Of a stretch of 37,675 bases of DNA, positions 12,739 through 25,550 are shown piece by piece. Below the pieces are notes generated by a model. It was not told where the DNA came from, searched no databases, and saw nothing but the letters and a program-made list of their open reading frames with translations. The stretch's first letter is position 1. Each line of letters begins with the position of its first letter. The DNA is from Psammoneis japonica (taxonomy: Eukaryota): positions 186,001-223,675 of the forward strand of contig QPGO01000055.1 in the NCBI GenBank assembly GCA_008632985.1. The letters are read 5' to 3'. The translations under genes were made by a program, and so were the position numbers.

Positions 12739-13621
12739 TTATTCTTTCTGCTCTTGTGCCTTGGGCGAAGGTTCGTCAACAAAGTCCGCCTTGATTTTTC
12801 GTCCCAAATGCCAAGCAGAACTTCCAAAGAGAGCCACATTGACACTACAGAGCGTGTAATTGATTGGCGTCACCAAGAGTGCATAACGAGAAAAGAAAAA
12901 TCCCGTCAGAGTCAAGGCCGTGTACTGCGCCAGAGAAATCTTGTCTGTGGGGCGATTTAAATCCAAAAAGCTCGCGCCCGAAATGAACCATTTCTGTAAG
13001 AAGCATAGCAGAGAAGTGTAAGACTCAATAGCTAAGATAAAATAACAAATTATCAAACACAATAGGCAGGCTCACACTCATTGGTGCCCAGAAATGAACC
13101 GTAAAGGGTCCTGCATCGGCTGCAGCCACGGTAGAAATAACGCCCAAGTTGGCCTTGACTAGTGCGCTCTGGAGTGCAGGCCCGAGCGCGATACAACCCA
13201 AACCACCCACAGCGGCCATAGCTGCCTTTTCGGTAATTTCCTTTACTTGTTCTTCTTGGCCGGTTTGGTTTTTGTATTCCAGGGCACGACGCATTTGATT
13301 GGTTTGAGCCACAACGTTGGTGGCATGACAGGCTGCCAGAAGGAGGTTCTGAGGCTTCACAACCAGGGCCCACCGGCAAAACAGAGATGAATACACTATA
13401 AGAACACCAGTCATGTTAAGACTAATGATTTCAGGACCCTGTAAGGCCGCATCGTAAATGGCTGCGCCAGACATTCCCCATCCAGCCACCGCACCGCAGG
13501 CTCCCCAGAATTCAGCAGAATGCCACCAGCCTTTCTTTGCCTCTCCAGAAGAAGCCCATCGGCGATAAATAACCTGGCGAGAGCGCGCCAATGTCGCTGT
13601 CGATGCGCGAGAATACATCAT
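12739..13621 (-). CDS. MPC: Mitochondrial pyruvate carrier, tandem MPC1-like + MPC2-like single polypeptide (~266 aa). Exons 13621-13076 and 12993-12739
   Basis: Arg/Ser/Ala-rich presequence-like N-terminus (MMYSRASTATLARSRQVIYRRWAS). Domain 1: HSAEFWG..WG..AAIYD..PEIISLNMT..YSSLFCRWALVVKPQNLLLAACHATN (MPC1-like). Domain 2: AGPFTVHFWAPMS|KWFISGASFLDLNRPTDKIS..RYALLVTPINYTLCSVN (MPC2-like). Phase-0 intron GTGAG..TTACAG at 13075-12994. Confidence 0.92.
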
Positions 13622-14625
13622 GGTGGCTTTCGCTTCCTGAAGCAGAAAAAAAAATAACATAGGCCATACATGAGAAAAGAGAAAACGATTGGCAGCGCGC
13701 GCGCAGATGGCAGGTGGGCTGGCAGGTTCAACGCAGTTCAACAGGATGGACGGCGGCAGCGATGCGCGAAAGGCAGGACACGCGCGAGGAGAGCTCATCG
13801 ATGATGGGCGAGAAGAAGTTGGAGCGACGCCCCAGCAGCGAGCTCTTGTCTCGATGTTGCTGCCTCTTGTGGTTGCAATGCCAGTGGCTTGCCAGAGCTG
13901 TAGATGGTGCAATTCTCCCATCCCACCCACTGGTTTGGTTCTGGCTCTGGGCTCAGGCGGCCCCGGCCGATGTTGGAGAGCTTGGCGAGGGCTTGCTGGA
14001 GCTTGGGTGGGTGTCCCCAAAACCGCCACCTTCGATCTCCCACCTCAAAGACCACTGCACTGGTTGTAGGAACAGATGCATCAGACCAGCTTCAAAGCAT
14101 CTTTGGGATGGAGGTGCACGAGGTGCCAGGTGCTCTGCGAAGGGAGCCATTTCGTGCCGACCATCGGCGAAAACAAAAAAATTGTGTTGAGTTCATTGGC
14201 GCAACTGTTTGCATCATAAATTTCATGTTCATGGCTGAAGCTCAAACAAACAAGAAAGAGGAAAACAAAAATGGCAATGGCTTTCATCGGCCATGTCGGC
14301 CCCCTCTTTTGACTTTTGATGAGTTGAAGGGCATCATGAGGACCACAGCATTTGGCACAATTGATGTGCAAGCCATGCATGACAGCTGGCGATTGTTGCA
14401 GTCTGCGGCGCACTTGTGTGCTTCACCATGGTGACTGCTGCTTTCAGAGGCAACAGCCAGCCTCCCTTTGCAACCAATGGAGACCTGGACATTTAAAAAA
14501 CGGGGGACAGCCAGCGCACCTCGTGCAGGAAAAATCGAAAAGAAAACACAAAACATCAAAAGACACACAACATCAAGCAGTTGCAAGAAAGTCAGTTGAC
14601 AAACAACCTTGTCAGAGACAATGAG

Positions 14626-15031
14626 GACGGGTTCCAGTCCCAGCAGGTGGGATGTTTTGTGACATTCGGCCCGCAGAATTCTGCGTGCGAGCTCTGCAGT
14701 GCGAGAATTTAATCAATGCATGTTTTTGTCTTCAACATCAAATGAACGGCCAAGTTTGTAGTGCATTCATGCCTGTCCATGCTCAAAGTTTTCAGCAATC
14801 CGCCTGCCCTGCGCCATTCTTAAGATGTTTGCAAATGGCGCAGAAGAAAAAATGTCAAAAGTTGTTGAATGGATCGCCCAACAATTGCACTGCAAAATGA
14901 CACAAAATTCCACCAAAGTCACGCATGAATGATGCACTTGCGCAACATACGACGCGATCCAAAAAACTGCTGGGAGTGTCGATGTCACAGTTCAGCAGTG
15001 CGAGGTCCCACCTCCAGAGCTGGAATGCGTC
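14626..15031. mobile_element. Non-autonomous TIR element (MITE family A, copy 1, ~406 bp)
   Basis: Ends GACGGGTTCCAG..AGGTGGGA and TCCCACCT..CTGGAATGCGTC. Flanks TGAG (14622-14625) and CGAG (15032-15035) are a 4-bp TSD with one CpG transition. Colinear with 22685-22827 plus 25555-25804. Confidence 0.85.
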
Positions 15032-15035
15032 CGAG

Positions 15036-18000
15036 GTCAAAACGACTGCTGCATTGGAAATGCAAAGAAACAGTCATCAGCATTTCGCACTTGCGCCACA
15101 GGCTTGTGCACAAAATTGGCCTGGAGCCCAAAGGCAAGCCACATGTCATGTGCTTGTTCCACCATTTCAAAAGGATGAGTTGGCCATTTGTGACATCGCC
15201 GGTGCAATCTCTTTGTTTTTCCTGCTTGCACGTGACATTTGCACTCCCCCAACAACAAGAGGGCGGCCAAGACAAGCATGACAATGCTTGCCACCAACAT
15301 GAACGAGCACCCCTGCAATTGTGGTGAACCCCACTTGTCATCATGAAGCCTGCTCCGCCACCCACCACACCCATGCTCAACACCCATTCCAGTGCCGACT
15401 CAACCACCAACTGCACCATCATGCATGCCATCTGCAATGCAGAGTGATGTGCCCTCACATGTGCCAACCACGACTCCATCATCTGTGCCAAGCAGTGCAC
15501 CATTGTTGACAATGTTGGACACAGAAGATTGCTTGGAAACATGACCTTCGATCCATGGCAATGTCCAAATTCTTAACAAAGCACAAAGCCTGCTCCACAT
15601 GTCATGCATGGGACAATTGTGCTCCAAGCACAAAAGACAAATCAAGGCACATGGTTGCCACTTGCGCTGCTGCATCTTCCCAATGGCACGGGTCCGCTGA
15701 TGTGATTGCTGTTTCTGAGACAAGCCAGCTGGCATCAATGTGCAACAAATGAGTCGTCTCCACCGTGTGCCACACTGCAAGTGCACAATCTCTCTGCTGC
15801 AAAATGGCACACAAGTCATCAACCAACGCTCCATCTTTGTGGAGAACATGATCTCTGTGGCAGATGAAGCTGGGTTCTGATGTGTCATGCAGCAACAATG
15901 CAGCTGCCAGGATGAGACTGATGCAACAAACTGACAGTCATGGAGGTGACGCTGTTTTTTTTTTTTTAATCAGAATGTTGTGAATTTCTGTGCACCATGT
16001 GCTCTGTCCCACATTTTTTAAATGGCCAGGTCTCCATTTGACACCAAGCACCATGATTTCTTTTCCTTTGTCATGCAAGCCATTTTCCAGCTGTTGACTG
16101 GTGCAAGAGTTTCAGTCATTGACACCAAGAAAGCAGCAAAGAAGGGTCCAAAAAGTTCATGCCGTTGCAGTGCTGATGTTTTTCTTGATTCATCTGTTGT
16201 GCAATTTGTTGCCCAACGAGCATGCGGTGAAATGGCAAAACTGTTGAATTGCAAGCATCAAAATGCATGTGCAAAAACCACTCATTGTGTGCACCACATT
16301 GCAAAATTTACACAAAAGAACACTCATGTGTGTCACATGTCAGCACACTTGTGCAAACACAAATTGCTTGAGGAAAAATTGAGCTCTCATCTTGCACCAC
16401 CATTTGGCAACAACGGGTCCAAAATCAATCTTCAGAAACAATGATGTGGGCACACAAACGAGACTTTTCTGCATGTTGTCATGTCTGAATGTTTGAATGT
16501 CTCTGATTTTTCACTGCAAAAAATTGCACCACAAGTTTGGGCCATTTGTTTCATGTGCAACAATCTGGAGCAGCACTGCCAGATGATCCAGACAGGATGA
16601 GCTGTGATTTCTGCTGCAACTGGTGCTGGACAGAAACAACAGCAAAACTTCATTTTCTGCTTTGTGCTCAGCCCAGTCATGAGTGTTTTTGGCCCAGGAA
16701 GTTGCCCCTGATTGTCTTGGAATGGAGGGCATTGGGGGTCGTCTTTGATGTTGTGCATGAAAGCCCAGCTGACAGCGCCATTGCATCAATCCTGCTGCCA
16801 TGTGCATTGTGCATTTGAGCATCTTGCTTGCATTTTGTGAGGACATTTTTGCTTGTCTCCACACACAAACACACTCAATCATGGGTTTCTGTTGTCGTGC
16901 AATGCATCCTCATGGCTTGTGCATGTCTGGAATGTGGCCATTGCACTGGGACAAGCCTGCTGCATCACAACTCTCTTTGGTGCAGCAATGTGCACAGGCT
17001 GGTGTGGGCCAAGATTGGCTTTCTCCAACAACAATGTCAATCACTGTGTTGACATCACAAAAAAGAATTCCCCTTGCAGCGAAACTTGCACTGTGGCTGT
17101 GCAATCTTGAAAATTTGCTGAAAAGTCACTCTGAGCTCATTGCACTGCTGCAAGCTGCAGCAGCAACCTTGTTCTTCACAATGCTGTGAACAAAGTTGAG
17201 CTCAAAATCAAGAACACATCAGCACATCTTGAAGGTCTTGACCATGTTGTAAAGTGAAGCTGGCCCAAATTCATGGCCCCTCTCTGTGTCTTCTGTGTGC
17301 CCACTGTTGCTTGACCATGCAGCATTTTTTGCAATGGACCACATGACATTTTTTAAATGGCCCCTTTTTTGTGCATGTGACAGGCTGAGGTTTTGGCACT
17401 TGCCTGTGGAGGATGCCAAAAGGTGCAGAGTTTCTTTTCCCTGGTGGCTTCTCCTGCCAGTTCATCATGGCTCATTTTCTTCAGCCCTCCATGGCTGGGA
17501 CTCCACTGGCCTGCAGAATTCTGCCTGTGAGCTCTGCAGTTTGCACACTGGGCAACAAATCTGTTTGTCTTCCAAATCTGGACAAATGGCCAAGTTTGCA
17601 GAGCAGCCTCTTTGTGCTCCCAATTTTTGAAAATTTGCCTGCACAGCACCATTCTGAGCACATTTGTGAATGGCTTTGCATGCAAAAGATGTCAAAAATT
17701 GTTCAACAGATTGCCCAAAATGGCCGCACTGTAAAGTGAAGCAAAGTGCTGCCAACGTCACACACAGAAATGTGTGCACACAACATGCAGCAAAAGACAA
17801 ACAAGGGGCACAAATGTTGCAGCCAAGCAGGGTGAGGTGCACCCAGCAGAGCTGGAGCACATCACCTTCTGTGGCAAAGTTTGCAAGGTCTGGCTCATTT
17901 GACTTTGCAGATGATGTGCCAAGACCTGTGTTTGTTGGCATTTCAGGTGGCACAACCACTTGATGGGCTTGCAGTTGCAAAAAGACATTGAGCAGACATG

Positions 18001-21000
18001 TGTGCCGGGCCAGATCTTGATCTCAGTGGAGCTGATTTTGCACAAAGGGCTCATCCAATGGATGGAGGATCATCATTCAAAGCTTCTGTGACCAGCAAGT
18101 TGATTTGAATTGAGCTCATGGTTCCTGACAAAGCTGAGCTTGGCTCCAGCACATTGTGGTTGAGAGCTCAGATGAGCAGGGAGAAAACTCACTGCTGGGA
18201 CATGCTCTTGTTGCCCCTGCTGTTGATGGGCTTTCCACCTCATGACTTGTTTTGCATGAGATTTTTTGATTTTTTGGGTTGTGTTTTGCACATTTTAGCC
18301 AGCCCATTGTTCTCCCCTCTGTTGGCATCTTGGATGCATCAGAGAGGTGAAAAGGGGGGTCATGAATCATGGCCTTAATTTTCTGCGTGGACTTGGTGAG
18401 CGTGCGCCATCATTCATTGAGTTGACCCCTCTCTGGCTGAAGTGCATGGTCACTTGTTGGCAGTTGACCTTTGTTCATTTGTTTTTGATCTCTTTGTTTG
18501 TCTTGCATGTGACAACTGCCTCACAACAAATTGCATTTGTGACGCACATTGTGGCTTGAGTGCCGGCCATTGCACACCTGACCCCATCATTCATTGGCTG
18601 AAATCTCAGCTGCTTTTGTTTGGCAGAACAATCTTCGCTTCTGTTCAGTGATGTTTTTATGACTGCAAGCAACATTTCATGTCAATGGGAAGGGCAACTT
18701 GACCACAACTCAACTTGGTGCACTGCATTTGCCAGCTTTTGTTGAATTTCCTTTGTCCAACCCCCCCCTCCCCCAACTTGGTCCCAGCAGCAATCTTGCC
18801 CCACAAACTTTTCATTTTTGTGTTTCCTCTTGAGATGACAAGGCAAGATTCAAATGGCCTTTGCACAGTTGATTGATGTGCCAGCAGCCTGCATGGTGCC
18901 TTGCACTCATCACAGTGCATCTCACTTTGCCACCATCATGGCTGCATGCTGCACCCCCCCCCCCCCCCAAAAAAAAATGTCTCTGACCCCATCGACAAAT
19001 CTTCTGAAGGTGGGGATGGCAGCATTGAAGAGGATGATTCACTTCATGAGGATGAAGTGGAGTTGGGTTCCTTTCATGTGGAGTTGCAGCACAAAGCTGG
19101 CAGCATGGATTTGCTTTTGGAGATGATGAGTCTGGAGATCAAGGCCCATGTGGTGCCAGTGGGGACAGGAACAACTGTGATGTGCTGGTGCTTGGTTTGT
19201 TTTCCTGTTTTCGTCATCATGTCAACTTGATCATTTTCTGTTGATGTTCATCAGCTCTTGAGCACAACAATGATGAGATGGTGTTTGTGAGTGGCAGCAG
19301 CCACCATTGCAATGCAAAAGATTGGTTCAAAAGGACCACAGAAGTGCAGAAGACAAGGAGGTCTTTCCTTGCCTGCCATGAGCAGAGCCCAAGCCCTGAC
19401 TTTCTTGCACTGCCCTGTCTGCCGCAAAACCCCAAGAGAGGAATGCGCCGCTGTTTTGAGCAAGTGATTGCCATGAACAACACAACCAACAAATCCTTGG
19501 GATGCCAATGTGGGACTGCAAATCCCATGGTTGGATCTGCAAGCTGGAAAAGATGAAGGGAAATTTTGCTGGGCAGTTTGTTGTCCAGTGCCAGAAAGCT
19601 GCCAAGCCCTTTGACAACCTCCATGCTGTGGCAAGAGTTTTCAAGCCATGGTGGATTGTGTGCACAAGTTTGTCGAGCCCAAGTGCATCTGCAGCTGCAC
19701 AACTTCTCTTCAAAAGAATGGTTGCATTGCCAGCACCAATTTTCTTGCACAGACACTGAGCATTGCCATCTCCACAGTTGAGGCTCTCTTCTGCCATGTG
19801 TCACCAATGAAGAGACAGTTGCTGCTGCTGGTGCAAGTTGGTCTTTTTTCAATGTTCAAAGCCAAAGACTTTTCTCCTCACCATTGCCAACAATCTTCTG
19901 CAAGTTGCCTGTGCCGAAGCTAAAAGTTCTGTCTGGCAATGTCACAAAGAGCCTGTTGAAGCAAGGGCTGGGTGCCATTGAGGGTGCTGTTGCGTGCAGA
20001 GCACATGGTTGAAAAAGAACATCTCAGTGTCACAAGCTTGTGGAAGAGCAGATGTGCACAATGTTCCTTGGGACTTGCAAGAATCTCCAACAGAAAAAAT
20101 GAACAATCTTGCAACAGCCTGCTCCAGGGTTTGTGACTTGACCTGCTGATGCCTGAAGCCCAAGGAGAAAAAATGTTTGCCTCTTTGATGTGGATTGGTG
20201 TCAAGAGCAAAGGCAGAAAGATGGGCATTTTCCCAGCTTTGTCTTTTTTTCTCACGTGCCATTTCCCTTTTTGCTTGTCTCCTTTGTTCCTTTCACATTT
20301 TTTGGAAATGAGGTTCTCTGCCCCTGCTGCATGAACAAACATGGAGGGCGCACACTCTCCTTCCCTTTGCAACTGTGGTCCTTCTTCCAGCCCCGGGGCC
20401 AAATTCCCCACCCTCTCTCAACTTGTGCAGAACCTGGACAACAACAATGATGATGTGCCTGTTGCTGGCAATGAGTCCAGTGCCTTGTGGTGGCAGTTTG
20501 TTCTGAAGAGCCATCACAGGCATCCATTGCACTGGATGATGCTGATGTTTGGTTCCCACATGATTGTCAACACCCTTTCTCAACCCTGCAAGATGACCTT
20601 GCCAAGGTGGCTCCTTCTGTTCACACATTTTATGATGGGGTCGACAAAGATGGTGACATTGACAAAGATGCCAATGACCACAAGCTCATTTTTTGTCACT
20701 TGCCTTTGAACTTCCACCTGCTTGTGGACCTCCATGTTCTGACACATTCCTTTGAGTCTGCAGAGCCACTTCCCAAATCCAATGTGGCATGATTGGGAGC
20801 TGAGCAAGGTCTCTCCCAGAGCAACCAAGATTGCACCTGGTCAAACCACACTTTGTTCTGATGACAAGCTGTTCAAGAAGCATTTTTCTGGTCTCAAGTT
20901 TCATTTTGAAGAAGTTGCCCACTTTGTTGTGGAGCAGGGCACCATCAGCAATGAGGGAAGAGATGACAAAGTGGTCAAATTTCTGGAAGCCAACTCTCAA

Positions 21001-21844
21001 GCTGATTTCAGATGACAGCACATCAGAGCCATCCCCCTTGCATGGACTTGACATTTTTGAAACCAACAACAACAAAGAATCTCTTCTCCAAATGAAGGCC
21101 TTGACAGCCAACGCCTTTGATTGCACACAGCTTTGTCAGGACAAATTGTGAGTTGAGTGCTTTGATTTGTCACCATCGTGCAATTGTGAGGAGTGCTGCA
21201 CCCACAAGTTTGGTGAAAGAGCAAGGGAGAAACTTGGCATGGAGTTCACCAGAAACAAGAATTTTGCTCTCCAGCCAAAAAGACATGTTCCTTTTCTGCA
21301 TCATGCATGGTGTGTGTTGTCGAAGATGGGAATCAGAACGTCATTTTCTTCCTCTGTCATGGGGAGCTGGCATGAACAACGCTGCTGCCATTCATGCACA
21401 CACACTCCCCAGATGCCAATGAGATTGCATCTGCAGCAGAAAGAACCCCAGTGGCTGCAGACTCATTTGTGCAGTGGTCATGAGAAGCCCACAGAAGTCA
21501 GCAAACACACTGCTTGTTGGCATGCCCAAACACAGCATGACAGTCAACAGCACCAAGAAATCCAGCACAGTCATCAAAACAAGCACTGTTTTGCAGTTGT
21601 GTGACCACACTCTCATCTTGGCTGACATTGTGGCCATCAATCTACAAACAATCAGCCCCGTGGTGGGAGATGCGGTGTTTTTTGTTGCTCTGAGCATTGC
21701 ATGGGATCGCGGCGCAACTTTAAAATGTGTCACGTCATGCACCATGACAATGCTCAGCTCAGTGTGCAGAACATGGGGTGGTGATGTGCAAACCTCAAGC
21801 AACCTGGAGGTGGTGGCTGTCCAACCCACTCAAAGCAACCCAGG
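15036..21844. other. Heavily decayed, TpA- and CpG-depleted sequence, presumed transposon relics; no identifiable intact gene
   Basis: TA and CG are almost absent and TG/CA are abundant. All six frames are full of Cys/His/Met/Gln-rich, nearly Tyr-free short ORFs. The stretch hosts MITE insertions. Confidence 0.6.
17473..17863. mobile_element. Old diverged relative of MITE family A (left end approximate)
   Basis: Blocks colinear with 14626-15031: ggcctgcagaattctgcctgtgagctctgcagt, ggccaagtttgcagagca, gcctgcacagcaccattct, atgtcaaaaattgttcaacagattgcccaa, and terminal gaggtgcacccagcagagctggagcacatc. Confidence 0.7.
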
Positions 21845-22030
21845 TTCATCTGCGCACTCGCACGAAAATGCACCCCGGCTGCCGTCCATCGTACGCTGAT
21901 TTGCAACTCACACTTGCACCTCCATCGCACAAAAAAACACACCGCACCATGGTGCACGAACTTCGGAGGCCCACCACTCTATGACTGTGACGATTTGACA
22001 AGCGATGCTGTGTGGTCTTGTCGAGCACTG
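21845..22030 (+). repeat. Left terminal inverted repeat (TpA-eroded copy)
   Basis: ttcatctgcgcactcgcacgaaaatgcaccccggctgccgtcc...tttgacaagcgatgctgtgtggtcttgtcgagcactg matches the reverse complement of 31082-31265. Confidence 0.9.
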
Positions 22031-22827
22031 TCCTTGTTGTCCAGCTCCATGTTCTCCGTCCAACATGAGTGGTCGTGTAAAGAAAAAACGCCCATCTTCT
22101 TCATCATCACGATCACCCGCTGTTCCCAAGCGTCCTCGACATGATGTGCCCGCGGTGACGGAACCAGAGGGTTTGGAGTGCTCCAAGTGCAATGCATGGA
22201 TGCCAAAGATGCTGGGAACGCATTTCACAATTGGTTGTTTGAGAAAACATGGGATTTGTGTTGAATGCTTTGCGAGAGCATGCAGCGGTCTAGGAAAACA
22301 CAACAAACTGACATGCCCAAAGTGTGGCACCCTTTGTGCCAAGCATCAGAGCCATTCACTCAAATGCACTCTACAAGATGGAAAAGTGCGAATGCAAAGA
22401 AAGATGTCCATCCATGAAATGGCACAACCTGGCAAGAAGAGGGACTTCATTCGATGCTTTGAAACCGCACTCAAAAATCAAACTGGCTTGGCTGGTCTTG
22501 CCTTGGTCGGATGGAAAGACAGTGGCAAGCTTGATCTGCAAACTGTCATTGTTCCAAAAGACAATCCTTCAGAAATGGGAGACACCAATCAAAAGGATTT
22601 TTTCAAGCTGGTGAAACGTCTTCATTCAATTGTGGTCTACAGCGACTCGAACAAGACTCGGCGATGCGACCCGACGGCACACCCGACGGGTTCCAGTCCC
22701 AGGTGGGACTCTGTGTGACATTGGGCCCGTAGAATTCTACGTGCGAGCTCCGCAGTGCTAGAATTTAATCAATGGATGTGTTTGTCTTCAACATCAAAAA
22801 ATGAACTGCCAAGTTTGTGGTGCAATT

Positions 22828-25550
22828 AAGACTGGCCACATAAAAAGGTGCTGACGCGCGCTCTCGAGCTCTCAAAATTTGTTTCGAGAAAATGGCACTT
22901 GCAAGATTTTTTGAGCGACATCAAACAATTAAAGCATTGGCGTGAAACATTGCACAAAATTTGTGTGCACACAAGGACTGCCATCAATTTTTATTTGCGT
23001 CCCTCTCCGAAAGAACTGCACTGGCTTTGGCGGTTTTCTTTTTCTTATTTCGCGCCATCTGCTCAGCGCTCTCCGCCTGCTTGTTCTTCCGCTTCTCTCT
23101 CTTGCTTTTCGCAACGCGATTGAGGACGTCGTCTCCAGGATGAGGGCACATCTCGTCTTGGTCTGCCTCATCAAGAAGCGGCCGACACTTGGCACAAAGC
23201 TCGACCTTCTTGACATCCTTGACACCTGGAGCTGTCAAGGCAAGTGGTTGTGACGTTTGCAAGTTCTGTTTTCATTGCTCGCTCGATTCTGTCTTCCTCT
23301 TCTTGAGATCCTCGCCAACTTCTGGCTCACCGTCCGCTGCTTTCATTGTCACTGCCGCAGGTTCCGAAGAATCTGTCACTTCAAAGCAGTGGTGCTTCGC
23401 AACTGCGCTGCACTTCTTGCAATGTTGGTCAAAATGCGCTCCATGCCCCACAAAATCCTCCTCCTTCGCTTCAACGACCTGAACGCATTCGGAGGTGTCC
23501 AAGGCTGTCAAGAGTTTGCGGAACGTGCCGATGTTCTTGTCACGGTGAGTTTGCTTGAGGCTGTTGAAGAGCCTGTCACAGGCATTCTTGGTGTGCCCTT
23601 TTGTCAAAAAAATGATGCTCACTTCTTTGAAATGTCCTTGTTCCACCAGGCAAGAAGCAAGTCTCAACACCGTGTTGTTTTTGTTTTGCCCGATGCAGTT
23701 GTCAAAAATCAATGCGAGCTTTCTGCCTGGACCCTTGCTGATGTCCAACAATCCACCATCATGCAAGTGCTTCATCACAAGGGAAGCAACATTGTCACCT
23801 CCCTTTTGGCCAGTGCCCTCATGGCAGACGCGTGCATGCAAAAAATCCTTGAACTCATCTTCCGTCACCGTCACAACTTTTTTCCCCGCAGGATCGGCAA
23901 CCCCAAACATGTTGATCGTCAAAGGAGAGAAGCAGTGCATCTCCCCTGGCTGATCCGCCCCAAAATGTGGAAGCCCACCATTTTGACAACAGTCACCAAT
24001 CCTTGCGTAAGTTCGCTCGCCGTGTGCCTTGTCAGCTTTTGCGTGTTCTGTCGCTTCCGAAATGTGCTGTTGCACGAGTGTCCGTTGCTTTCGAGCCCAC
24101 TCGACGTGCTTTGCGGCGTGCAATGTTTCATTTTCCTGTTCTTCAATCTCTTTCATTCTCACCTCTGCATCTGCTCCATCTTCTTCATCATCATCGCTCT
24201 CCTCCTCCTCATCCTCGTCGTCGTCGCTCTCACCCCCCGTCTTTTCTTTCATCGCTTTCATCCTGAAGCTGTTTGCGAACTTGTGGCATTCGTCGCAGAT
24301 GTCACGAGTGGGCCTTCTCACGACAATTTCAGGACAGTTCTTTTTCCAGAACTTGCAAAATTGTGCCCAGGAGCATGTTGGTTGCTGGTCTTCTCCTTCG
24401 ATTGGTTCCGCCTTAAGAAACTTGCCTTTGTGGTTCGACCCAAGGGTCCAACCATTTTCTTGTCCGCACCGTTTGCACAATCCACGCTTTTTCACGGTGG
24501 GAGGTGAGTCGCACGTGTCTTCATCTCTCAAGCCGACACCTGTCTCTTCTCTAACCAGTCTCGTTGCACGTGGCTCAGAAAGTTCCTTTGTGTCATCAAA
24601 ACATGCATGAAGGGCTGCACACATTTCGGGTGCAAGCGTCTTGTTCGCGTTCTGCCCAGTCTTCCCTTTGAGACCATGTTGCGGAAAGACATTGCTCTTT
24701 GCACTCAACTTGGCGGTTCTCCAGAACTTTCTCCCTTTGCCTGGCAATGCAAGGAGGGCACTGCAGCAGACCAGATGATCGTCCGGCGGCGTCCCCTCCT
24801 CCGCCTCCTCCTCGTCGTTGTTGTCAGTTTTCAACAGCGGCAAAACAAAGCAGCGACAATCACCCTTGCATGCATGCTTCTGAATGAAAGTGGAACATCC
24901 AATCCAGGATGTAAAAGTGGCATGTGTTTCTGTGCACCCCAGTCTTTCAAAGTGCACGAGGTGGTTGCTCAACATTTTCACGACGGAGGTGTCGTTGTTC
25001 TCCAACATTGCTCTCAGCTTCTGCAGACACTGACATTTCGCAGGTTTCTTTGCAGTCACCTGGGTGCAATGTTCATGGAAAATGGGAGACTCGTTAGGGT
25101 CGGAAAGCCAATCGCAGAACTTTTCTGCCGCCTCATCGTCCTTGACGCCTTTGGTCAGTTTCGGCCACGCCATTTTTTTTGTGACGCTTTTGCTTTTGCT
25201 CTTGTTGCCTCCACCAAGAGAATTTCAAATTCGAGCCTTGTGTCAAGTGCTCAATGATTTGTGTGGACTTGTGTAATCTTAAAAATCACATGCTTTTGTG
25301 CAACTTGTGTGCGTGACTTTCTTGGCATGTCATTTCGCACAATTCCTCAACGGTCAAAACACTCACAGCAAACAATTCAAGCCGTTAATTTAGTTCATGG
25401 CTAATGAAATGTCAAGGAAGCATTGCCAGCCATTGACACATACATCGCTGAAGAGCTGAGATCAAGAGCTTTCGATCGGTGTCCACACCTCAAAATCGAC
25501 CATACGAGCTATTTCGAGCTCCGTTGGCACCTTTCTATGTGGCCAGTCTT
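22828..25550 (-). mobile_element. Sola1-type DNA transposon, copy 1 (2723 bp)
   Basis: 24-bp TIR AAGACTGGCCACATA(A/G)AAAGGTGC. TSD AATT at 22824-22827 and 25551-25554 fits the AWWT target of Sola1. The paralogous empty site is visible in MITE copy 1 at ~14761-14774 (gtgcattcatgcct). Confidence 0.92.
22984..25173 (-). pseudogene. Sola-type DDD transposase (~730 codons) with a premature TGA at 23272-23274
   Basis: Motifs PTRDICDEC, IGDCCQN..LPHFGADQPGE..FSPL, IFDNCIGQNKNN and FLTKGHTKNACDRLF. The stop is CGA in copy 2 (CpG transition). Only one Tyr remains. Confidence 0.9.

Noticed and set aside
13025..14029. 334-aa ORF as the true MPC protein
   Set aside because: The first 136 codons precede the presequence-like MMYSR start and are open only because the region lacks TA stops. 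The 3' end runs into an intron.
18953..18977. C-run followed by A-run as a functional element or retro-element tail
   Set aside because: No associated TSD or RT remnant is recognisable; simple homopolymers of uncertain length.
23257..25257. Long + strand ORFs opposite the Sola transposase (416, 193, 216 aa; likewise in copy 2)
   Set aside because: Antisense shadows lengthened by loss of TAA/TAG; they are broken at different places in the two copies.
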